A stretch of DNA of 64,000 nt from Endomicrobiales bacterium (GTDB lineage: Bacteria; Elusimicrobiota; Endomicrobiia; Endomicrobiales; CAWCFT01): contig CAWCFT010000017.1 of NCBI GenBank assembly GCA_963794945.1, positions 55,303 to 119,302 of the forward strand, read 5' to 3'. Under the pieces are notes generated by a model, which was not told the DNA's origin, made no database searches, and saw nothing but the letters and a program-made list of their open reading frames with translations. Numbering within the stretch: the stretch's first letter is position 1; every line of letters starts with the position of its first letter. A program made the position numbers and the translations under genes. Positions 41,552 through 50,101 of this stretch are shown one piece after another.

Positions 41552-42832
41552 TCAATCGCTTTGCCTACGGCTGCCTCCAGATTATTGTATGCCTGCGTTG
41601 CGTTAAATTCACTCTGCACCAGCGCGAGCTCGGTATTGCGCAGGTTGATCTGCGCGGTAAGAATATCCGTAAGCGCCGCGCTGCCGCTCGCGTAACCGGA
41701 CAAGCCCAGCCGGAAAGCCATTTTTGCCTCTTCCAGCTGCTTTGTTCTAATGAAATCACCCTGGTTCACTGCCTGCGCCAGCGTGTTGTAAACCGAGTCA
41801 ACCTGCAGCCTGGTTTGCTGTCTCATGCTTTGGTCATTCGCTTCACTTGCGATTAAGTTCGCCTTGGCCTGGGCAACCTGCGACCTCTCTTTAGATAAGA
41901 ACCAGGTAGGCAGCACAAGGTCAAACTCAACCCCGTAGTTGTACCCGAGCCCGCCGTACCCCCAGGGAGGGTTATCGCTGTAATTGTAAAGAATGAACTG
42001 GAAATCAGGGGCGTACGACATTTTGGCAAGAGTGAGCCCTTTGGAAGAAGACTTTATCTGCAGCAATGAAGACTTTATCTGGGGATTATTTTCCAGGGCC
42101 AGCGTTTCAAGTTCTGCTAAAGAATATTTTGGAAGCTTTGTGTCCGGGAGCTCACCTTTTACTGTAAGCGGGGTTAAGGGATCTCGTCCGATAAGCGTGT
42201 TTATTGTTTGCCGCATAGTATCGATCTGTTTTTGCAGAGCGAACTGGTCGTTCTCGGCGCTGCTTTCTGTGACCTGGGCGTTAAGGTAGTCGACATATGC
42301 CGCGGCATTATTCGCATACTTCACTTTTGCGATCTGTTTTATCTGTTCAAGGCGCTGGATATTTTCCTGGTTTATTCCGAACTGTTTTTGAAGGACGAGC
42401 AGCTGGTAGAAATCATTCTTTAATTGCGCTGTAAGTTGAAGAGCCAGTATGTCAACTTGTGTTTGGGCGATATCGGCCTGAGCTTCAGCTATACCGCCGG
42501 CGAGGTGCTTTTTCCCGGGAAAAGAAAATGATTGGGTAAGCGTGTAGTATAAGCCTTCTGATTTATATAAGTTCAACGGGCTTTCGGGAATGGGTGTTTC
42601 CACGAAACCCACTTGCGGGTTATTAAGCACTGTAGCCTGCGGGACAGCGGCCTTGTCCGCTATATAATTTTGCTTGGCCTGCTTTATTTGCGGGTTATTG
42701 AGCCTCAACTGCCCTATCAATTCTTCCAGGCACATCGGCGCGGCGGTATCGTCTTGCGCGCAGGGCGCAGCATAGAGAGAATAAAATTGTCGCCGTTAAA
42801 ATGATCGGCGATAATACGCGAAACAGTTTCAT
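41548..42832 (-). CDS. TolC/CzcC-family outer membrane channel (frameshift ~42775 after the signal peptide)
   Basis: Two OEP repeats (NNPQIK...); the signal peptide MKLFRVLSPIILTATILF starts at 42832 in another frame. Confidence 0.85.
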
Positions 42833-42844
42833 TTTAGTTTATTT

Positions 42845-43516
42845 TCAGGCTGCGTTTTCGGTAGTTTTATTTATTTTTTGCGCTTTCTTTACTGATAACT
42901 TCGTGTAATACGCAACCGCGAACCCCAAGACTATGAAATCATCCAGGTATCCGATAACTGGTATATTGTCCGGTATCAGGTCGAACGGACAGATCAGATA
43001 GAACAGCGCCCCGTAAGCGACCAGTTTCTCGCTGGAAAGCAGCTCTTTTGACCTGACAACATCATATAACACGGATATCCGGCGCTTCCACTCTTTTCCC
43101 ATCTTGGAAAGCGTAGTCAGCATTTTCCCGCTGTCGTCAACTTCTTTTTGTTTTGACTGGCTTTCGCCGATATTTACAAGGGATTGTAAAAGTGGCTTTG
43201 TATCATTTTGTTCGGCAGATTTAAGGGTATCTTCGGTTATTCCAAGGTATGTTTGCGCGATGGGAAGCGGCATGTAGTGCCCTTCCTTGATCAGCGCTTT
43301 CACGGTGGGTGAGCCCTGGGAAATATGATCTTCAGAAACGGATCGATAAACGACATCTATGAAAGATTTTTCGTAAAGGGAAGGCAGTGGTTCATCGCTT
43401 GGCAGGTCTTTCTTCCACCTTCTGAGCGTCATGCCGGAGACGCCCATACGTTCGGCCAGTTGGTCAACTGTGAGCTTGGATTCATCTAGGAAGCTAAATA
43501 TTTGTGATTTATTCAT
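42845..43516 (-). CDS. N-terminal HTH fused to a DUF1232/YkvA domain
   Basis: LTVDQLAERMGVSGMTLRRW (HTH) and ALFYLICPFDLIPDNIPVIGYLDD (YkvA signature). Confidence 0.85.
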   Translation of the reverse strand: MNKSQIFSFLDESKLTVDQLAERMGVSGMTLRRWKKDLPSDEPLPSLYEKSFIDVVYRSVSEDHISQGSPTVKALIKEGHYMPLPIAQTYLGITEDTLKSAEQNDTKPLLQSLVNIGESQSKQKEVDDSGKMLTTLSKMGKEWKRRISVLYDVVRSKELLSSEKLVAYGALFYLICPFDLIPDNIPVIGYLDDFIVLGFAVAYYTKLSVKKAQKINKTTENAA

Positions 43517-43518
43517 AA

Positions 43519-43551
43519 ACAAATGTTAATATATATCTAACAATTTGTCAA
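43519..43551 (-). promoter_or_regulatory. Promoter TTGACA-N17-TAACAT overlapped by an inverted repeat (putative operator), leaderless
   Basis: -35 at 43546-43551, -10 at 43523-43528, ATG 6 nt further; ACAAATGTTA...TAACAATTTGT inverted repeat. Confidence 0.55.
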
Positions 43552-43636
43552 GAGTATCAATATTGTGGTTTTTGCTCTGTAATGTTGTGGGGTTTTCAAT
43601 CAGATAGGCAAGCCGGGAAGGTAACTGGCGCAAGAG

Positions 43637-44188
43637 CTATTGTTTAATGGCTTCTTTTACTGCTGATCTATTGACACCGTCGAGACAGCCGGAAACTTTG
43701 TCCCAATATTTTTTCATGCCGGCCTTGCAGCATTCCTTGGTGGCGTCGTAAGTGGTCCAGTCTTGCGCGTAAACCCTGTAAACAGCCACCATCAAGCCGG
43801 TTTTTTCTTCGCCGTTATCGCCGTGGATGAAGATGGGGTAGTTCTTGGTATCGGTAACAACTGTGAGGAACTGAATAACTCCGGCGTCTTCCAACCGCCA
43901 CGGTTTAACCGGTATCTGGTAGTAACTGAAGCCCAGCCCTTCGATAAGTTTTTCGTCCGTGTGGTTCGGCACGAGGTCTATAATAGTTTTTATGCCTAGT
44001 TTTTTAAGCTTATTGAAGCCCTCTTTTGTCGGCTGGGCTCCCCTGAAGACGTTGCGGGAAAACTCGTGAAAGTTCTTAAGGTCCGTGCTTGGGGCCTTGA
44101 GGCTATTCCCTTTGGCAAGCAGACTATTAGCCGAGAAAATGCTAAAAATACAAATTAATGCGGCAAAAAATGATACTTGTTTTTTCAT
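43637..44188 (-). CDS. Exported protein-tyrosine/dual-specificity phosphatase-fold protein lacking the catalytic Cys and Arg
   Basis: Signal peptide, NFHE...VFRGAQP, LGIKTIIDL; the P-loop reads HGDNGEEKTG instead of HCxxGxxRTG. Confidence 0.8.
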   Translation of the reverse strand: MKKQVSFFAALICIFSIFSANSLLAKGNSLKAPSTDLKNFHEFSRNVFRGAQPTKEGFNKLKKLGIKTIIDLVPNHTDEKLIEGLGFSYYQIPVKPWRLEDAGVIQFLTVVTDTKNYPIFIHGDNGEEKTGLMVAVYRVYAQDWTTYDATKECCKAGMKKYWDKVSGCLDGVNRSAVKEAIKQ

Positions 44189-44189
44189 A

Positions 44190-45516
44190 TTAAAACTCGT
44201 AATGCAGCCTCGCGCCGAAAATTGTCACCGGGCCGCGGTCGCTGTTATATGCCGGGTTGTTTACCAGCTGGCAATCTCCGGTAACGCCGAACTCCCTGCA
44301 CACTTTCCACAGGTAATATGCCTCAAATATCTCTTCGGGCGCATAGGCAAGTTTACCGTCGCCAATTAAAAATCCGTACCCGCCGGCTGCAAGATAGTCC
44401 GCGTGGTCTTCAGAGAGGCCGTTGACTATAAAAGCCGCTCCTATATTATCGTGCGGGCGCTTCCAGGATGCTCCCTTGAGGCTCACCCCGCCTGAAAGAG
44501 TGCGATCTATTTCCGTGAAAGCCCACGTCTCTGTTGCTCCGTCGTTCCACCCGGCCCGCAAGAATGCGCCAAGGTTTTGAGTTATCTCCTGCTCAAAATT
44601 CAGTCCAAACCCGTATTTAACGCTGTATTCGCGCGACTTAGTGATATCCAGATTGTACGCCGGCGTGTTTAGCGTGACACGGTAGTTTCCCATGTGCGCG
44701 TGGTTTACGTACGCCAAAACCCTTGCCGTGCCGGGATGATCTTTAATCTTATATCTGTATTCAAATTCTACGTTATCGCCGTGGGCCATCGCGATATCTG
44801 TGTCCATATCGAGCATGTTGGCTTCGCGCGGCTCCATAACGGATGCGCCCCGCAACGCCCATCGCGGCTGATCGTATTCTATCATCATTCCTATTGAATA
44901 ACCGCGTGTGTCAGCCGCGTAATCCCATGCGCCGTTATCCATAAGCGCCCAGTTAAAGAACTGCGTGCGAGGGTCGTGACTGTACGAGTTATCGTCAAAA
45001 TAATCGTTTAGGCTGAACTTTCCAGCTATTATCGTCAGCCTTTTCCGGTCAACTGTCGTGCCCAGCTGGTTTTTGTCGGGCTCTATGTTCTCTTTCTCTC
45101 CGCCAAACCCGAAAACCTGTTTGATGAACAAACGGGACAAATTCAGTTTCAGGTCGCGGTTATCAACCCGATATATTTCTCCGTTAGGGAATCCCGCTAT
45201 GCCCAGGGTCTTGCTCAGGCCGCTTCCGCCGGCAAGTTCAGGGTTTAAGTATATCTCGCCGCCGTTCCAGAGCTTCCTGCCTAGGAAAAGGGTTGACGTA
45301 AAAGATGTTCTGGATCTCGGGGTCCGGGCTAAGGCTGTTAATGCCCGAATATGGTGAATTAAAATACCCGTGCCCCTGCGTTATGGTGGTCGCTTGTAAG
45401 TGGATGCTCCACAGCTCTCCACTGGTTGTCGTGGCCTGCAGGCTTTCCCCAAAGGCTGCGTGACAAAAAAGGAGCAGAGCGGGTATTGTTAAACGGAGTA
45501 TATTTATATTGCGCAT
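44190..45516 (-). CDS. OprB-family (carbohydrate/Mn2+-selective) porin (frameshift ~45310)
   Basis: Signal peptide, SPYSGINSL, FDDNSYSHDPRTQFFNWAL..GAWDYAADTRGY, NPAYNSDRGPV, C-terminal Phe. Confidence 0.85.
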
Positions 45517-45532
45517 TATGAAAGCTTGTTCC

Positions 45533-47108
45533 TCATTTTGCCGTTCCGGAAGACACGGGCATTGCGGCCGGCGCCGTGGTTTGGGCTTTCGCGGCCTTGT
45601 CGGCCTTGGCTTTCTGTATGCGCTTCATTGTTACTGCGGCTTTTTTCGTTGAAACACCCTCTAGTCCAAACGTGCATTCCTGCTCGGCTTTATCATAGTC
45701 TCCGAGCTGCTCGAGGCATAGCCCGTACTGGTAATGGAAATAGGCTACAAGCACGCGCTGCTGCTCGAGCTTCTTCGATTCCTCCGAGGCCGGCTCCAGT
45801 GTTTTTGAAAGCGCCGCCTGCATCTTATCATAATCGTCGGATGCCTGCTTGATGAGTATTATGTAATTCTGCCGGGCCTGATCAAAATCCTTTTCCTTGA
45901 ACTGAGCCAGCGCCAGAGATCTCCTGGCCTCGGCGAACGCCGGGTTGCGGCTCACGGCTTTACCGAACTCTATCGCGGCTTCCGTGTAGCTCTCAAGCCC
46001 CATATAAACCTCGCCAAGCGCGTACTGGAGTTTTTCTTTCCCCGTATAAGTTTTCTGTATCTGGTCCTGCAGTTTGTCTATAAGCCCGTTGTATATTTTT
46101 TTGGCTTCTTCAGTGTTGCCTGTTCCCGAGAGAAGTTTGGCGCGTTTCATCTGATAATCGATGTTATCGGGCCAGAGCGCAGCCGCGGCCGTTATGTTCT
46201 CTAGCGCCGCGACTTTGTCGCCCTTGTCCATGTTCATCAGGTAAAGGTCGTAAGCCGTGAGCCGCGTAATCTGATGTCTTATGGTTTAGTAAGACGTCTT
46301 TATAAGAAGCAGCAGCTTTCTCGGCCTGCCCGCTCAGCCTGTAGGCCACGCCTGTATCGTATCCTGCCTGCGCCGCGACCGCCTCGTCCTTGCTAGCGGC
46401 AAGCGCAATACCGATATCTTTTAGCACCGTGTCATATTTCGCTGCGGCCGTATCGCTCTCGGCCAGCGTGAGCTGTTCTTTCGCTATAGTTGACGAGATC
46501 TCAACACTCCGTAATGTTAAGGGGTCGTCAGCCGGCAGCCCCGCCTTACCGAACTCGGTGAGGTAGTCCAACGCTTTTTGGTTATCCAAAGCCTTGTTCG
46601 CGGCCGCCGACGCTGTTACCAGCGCCTTTCCGGAAAGCTCGGCCAGGTCTTTAACTCCGTCGGTGTCTGCGGGGACTGTTTTCAAAGTCTTGCCCATGAG
46701 AGTGACGCACGCGTCATACTTTCCGCCGTCCAAAAGTTTGTTCCCCATATCGAGGCGCATAACAACAAGGTCCTGGTAAGCCGGCTTGACCGAAGCCGTG
46801 TCCTTGTAGCCTGTCGTTATCTCAACGATATACTTTTCAGCGTCATCGTAATGTTTGTTCTTCAGCGCTACCTTTTCCAGGCCCAGCTCCATTTTGGCAA
46901 AGCCTTCCCGGCCTTCTTTGACAAGGTTCGCGTTCTTTTTCGGGTCTTTCGCCATAAGGTCCCTGTAAATTTCGGTTGCGCCCTGTATATTGCCTTCCGA
47001 TATAAGTTTTTCCGCTTTCTTTGCTTTGGAGCTCAGCTCCGCGAACGCCGCGTGCTGGCACGCGAGAATGATAATTGCCGAAACTAACAATAAATAGATC
47101 TTTTCCAT
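45533..47108 (-). CDS. Exported tetratricopeptide-repeat protein (frameshift ~46255)
   Basis: Signal peptide and multiple TPR-like helices (YALGEVY..., HYQYGLCLEQLGDYDKA); two ORFs overlap across the shift. Confidence 0.75.
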
Positions 47109-47157
47109 GTTTATTCTCCATTAAACATCCATAATAACGAATAAATGGTGTTTGTTG

Positions 47158-48264
47158 TTAAAAAAGCTGGCCCGCGGCCTTGTCCCGTTTCTCGGGCAAG
47201 GCGGCGCTGTCGGCTTCGCCCGTGGACTGAAGCTTTTCACCGAGGTTGTCGCAGCGTTTCGAGGTTTCGTCGTATTTGTTCTTGACGTTGGTTATGTGTC
47301 CACCCAGCACGTCGAAATCTTTTTTGAACCTTTCAAAATCCCCCTTTAGGCGCGCGAGCTGCCTCACTATATCCTGCGCGCTTTTTTCTATCCTCATGCC
47401 TTTAAGCCCCAGCACTATCGCCTGGACGTAAGCGTAAAACGAGTTCGGCGAGACCGGTATGACCTTTTTGCTAAGCGCGTAGTCCGATATGCTCGACGCG
47501 TCGCCGGAACCGCTGTCTTTTATTATCATCTCGTAGTAGACGTTCTCCGCGGGAATGTACATGAGGGCGAAATCGAACGTCCCCTCGTCCGCGAGTATGT
47601 ATTTCGAGGCCACCGCATCGATGTGTTTTTTTACGTCGCTTACGAACTTCTTTTTTGCGTTCTTTTTTTCTGTTTCGTCCTGCGTCTCTATGACCCTTTT
47701 AAAATTTTCCAGCGGGAACTTTGAGTCAACCGGCACCATACCGGAACCGAGCCGTATGACCGCGTCAACGACTTCGCCGCTCTTGAACTTGTACTGCAGT
47801 TCGAAGTGTTCCCTCGGCAGCATCTGGAACAATATATCGCCCAGGAGGTATTCGCCGAGGCCTCCCCGCATTTTTGGCGCCTGCAGTATCTCCTGCAGGC
47901 TCGATATGTCCTTGCCCACTTCAAATATCCGCTCCGCCGCCTGAGAGAGCGTCCCAATACCTTTGTGTACGTCGGAGACGGCCTTCGCGGCGTTGTCCAG
48001 CCGTTCACCCATAGTCTTCTGCGAGCTCACCATCTGGCCCGTGACGGCGTTTAGCTGGATGTTCACCTGCTCTATTATGCCCGTCAGCTGCTTGTTCACG
48101 GTCTCGGTGTTGCTTTTCAGGTTATCTGAAAGCTGGCTTCGCAGGTTTTCTACCTGCTGCTGAAGAAGCGCGAACTCGCGCCCGCCGGACTGCGGCCTTG
48201 AAGCCTGCCACACCACGAAGAACACAAGCACAGCCACCAGCACCAGTAGAAATATCGTCAGCAT
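47158..48264 (-). CDS. rmuC: DNA recombination protein RmuC
   Basis: N-terminal TM, coiled coil, PKMRGGLGE, VPVDSKFPLENF, TFDFALMYIPAENVY. Confidence 0.92.
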   Translation of the reverse strand: MLTIFLLVLVAVLVFFVVWQASRPQSGGREFALLQQQVENLRSQLSDNLKSNTETVNKQLTGIIEQVNIQLNAVTGQMVSSQKTMGERLDNAAKAVSDVHKGIGTLSQAAERIFEVGKDISSLQEILQAPKMRGGLGEYLLGDILFQMLPREHFELQYKFKSGEVVDAVIRLGSGMVPVDSKFPLENFKRVIETQDETEKKNAKKKFVSDVKKHIDAVASKYILADEGTFDFALMYIPAENVYYEMIIKDSGSGDASSISDYALSKKVIPVSPNSFYAYVQAIVLGLKGMRIEKSAQDIVRQLARLKGDFERFKKDFDVLGGHITNVKNKYDETSKRCDNLGEKLQSTGEADSAALPEKRDKAAGQLF

Positions 48265-48338
48265 AAGTTACCCTTTAATGCAGTATGTTTTCTCTCATTA
48301 CTTTTGCGTCGTCTATTAGCGCTACTGCCGACTGCGCC

Positions 48339-49136
48339 TCAAACCAGTCGTCTTTTTTTGCATCGCGTATCTTTGCTATTTGTTCGAACATAATGTCTTT
48401 TAGGCCCGGTCTGCTCGCCACTGGGCCTTTCGTATATCATCCCGGGATCGGTAAACCACAGCTTCGGGTTGCCCGTGTCAAGTTTGTCGCACCGCTTTTC
48501 GAGTTTCTTAACGAACACCTTAAGGCTGTTCGCCGCGTCTTTGTTAGCTTTGTTGGCAAGCGCCCTTTCGGCTTCGATGAGGTCCTTCGCCGCGTCCCTG
48601 CCGATATTCTTATCGAGTTTGCCCTTTATGAGAGCTATCTCCAGCTCGTGTTTTAGCACTTCGATGTCGACTTTTTTGCGTATGGCCGGCTGCATAGTGC
48701 CGATGTTTGAATACGTTATCTCTATCGCCTGCGTGTCGCCTTTTCGCATGAGGCCGGTTATCTTTTTTGAAACATAAACGCTGTTTGTTTCAGTTACGTC
48801 GGCTTTTACAAGGTAAATACAGCTCTCATTTGCCGAGACGTAAAGAGTGTAACTGCCGTTCATCGGGTCGCCTATAACAAGGCTCCTAGTCTTCGGCTCT
48901 TCGCCTATACCCTGTTCAACATAGCAGCTGCCGGAAAGCTCGGCTAAAATCCTCGCGGCTTTTCTGTCGTAGCCTGAACTCTTGCCGTTTGAATGTTTCA
49001 GCAGCAGCTCGACAAAAGGCCCCTGCTCGTATGGCTCACGGAAAAGCGTCGCGCCGCCTGACATCTCCATACCGCCGGCGCAAGCCGCAGCCCTAAAAAG
49101 CATCACACACAATATTGCTATTATTGTTCCGCGCAT
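48339..49136 (-). CDS. Hypothetical exported protein with a C-terminal helical bundle
   Basis: Signal peptide; no recognisable catalytic motif; the 3' end may be frameshifted. Confidence 0.55.
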   Translation of the reverse strand: MRGTIIAILCVMLFRAAACAGGMEMSGGATLFREPYEQGPFVELLLKHSNGKSSGYDRKAARILAELSGSCYVEQGIGEEPKTRSLVIGDPMNGSYTLYVSANESCIYLVKADVTETNSVYVSKKITGLMRKGDTQAIEITYSNIGTMQPAIRKKVDIEVLKHELEIALIKGKLDKNIGRDAAKDLIEAERALANKANKDAANSLKVFVKKLEKRCDKLDTGNPKLWFTDPGMIYERPSGEQTGPKRHYVRTNSKDTRCKKRRLV

Positions 49137-49264
49137 TGTTGTTATTCTCTTATAATTATAAATTTACCACAAATAGCTGCCTTTGTCAATTTTGGTTGAA
49201 TCCTAGCGCAGTTATGCCGCTCCGCAATGCTTTATTGCCGTCATTGTCCCCGTCGCGGCAGAAT

Positions 49265-49293
49265 TTGCAAATCAGGGATATTTATGGTATATT
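49265..49293 (+). promoter_or_regulatory. Promoter TTGCAA-N17-TATATT for the met operon
   Basis: Correct spacing and TG extension, ~105 nt upstream of ATG 49397. Confidence 0.5.
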
Positions 49294-49302
49294 TTCAATT
49301 CC

Positions 49303-49384
49303 ACCCCGTTAGAAAACGCGGCTACCGGCTGTAAACGCAGATTTTCAACCGCAGGTTGCGGGCACCGGGATCTTCTAACGGGGT
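49303..49384 (+). repeat. 82-bp element with perfect 12-bp terminal inverted repeats (ACCCCGTTAGAA...TTCTAACGGGGT) in the met 5' UTR
   Basis: Arms at 49303-49314 and 49373-49384, ending just before the SD AAGAGG. Confidence 0.7.
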
Positions 49385-49396
49385 CAAGAGGAACAA

Positions 49397-50065
49397 ATGA
49401 GCATAAACCCGGCCCAGTTCTCCAAGTTCGACGTGCCTTTAAATAAAGTGCTTTCCAGGCTCGGGTTCGCGAGCGGTAAAACAAAGATCGGAGACAACGT
49501 CAACGATATTTTGAGCGAAGAGATCAATGCCGCCAAAAAGCTTTTTGTCCCGCGCCAGGTGGTAGCAACAAGCGCAATAAAGTCGGCGGGCGGCAAGCTT
49601 AAGCTCGTGCCGTCTTTTACAATATCAAGCGCTGACATACTCGCCCTTTTAAATGAGTGCGGTGAGGCCGCGGGGTTCGCGGTGACCATCGGGCCGGCCC
49701 TTGAGGCCAGGCGCGATAAATACATTCGTGACAGGGAGACGACAAGAGCCCTTATACTTGACGCCTTAGGCTCGGTGGCGGTTGAAGAGCTTGCAGACAT
49801 CACTAACAAACAGATAAAAGATGAAGCCGCTAACAGGGGGTTTACGGCGACCCGGCGTTTCTCTCCCGGCTACGGCGACTGGGCGCTTGCCAGCCAGAAA
49901 GATCTTTTAAGCTGGCTAGGCGCGGATCAGATAGACATAAAACTTACTGAAACGTTCCAGATGATACCCGAAAAATCGGTTTCGGCACTTATCGGGCTCA
50001 AAAGCGTAAAAGGTTATTCCCGAAATTCCCTGGCTGGGTTCCACAACCTCAAAAATCATTTGTAA
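49397..50065 (+). CDS. Stand-alone B12-dependent methionine synthase activation (reactivation) domain
   Basis: FAVTIG, LDALGSVAVE, RRFSPGYGDW, MIPEKSVSALIG; directly upstream of metH. Confidence 0.88.
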   Translation: MSINPAQFSKFDVPLNKVLSRLGFASGKTKIGDNVNDILSEEINAAKKLFVPRQVVATSAIKSAGGKLKLVPSFTISSADILALLNECGEAAGFAVTIGPALEARRDKYIRDRETTRALILDALGSVAVEELADITNKQIKDEAANRGFTATRRFSPGYGDWALASQKDLLSWLGADQIDIKLTETFQMIPEKSVSALIGLKSVKGYSRNSLAGFHNLKNHL

Positions 50066-50101
50066 AATCCGGCCGCGCGTCATACATAACAGAGGAAACA
50101 A

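Noticed and set aside
49303..49390. c-di-GMP-I or SAM-II riboswitch call
   Set aside because: Only partial resemblance; the GCAAAC...GAAA...GACGCAAA arm and the SAM-II pseudoknot 3' segment are absent.
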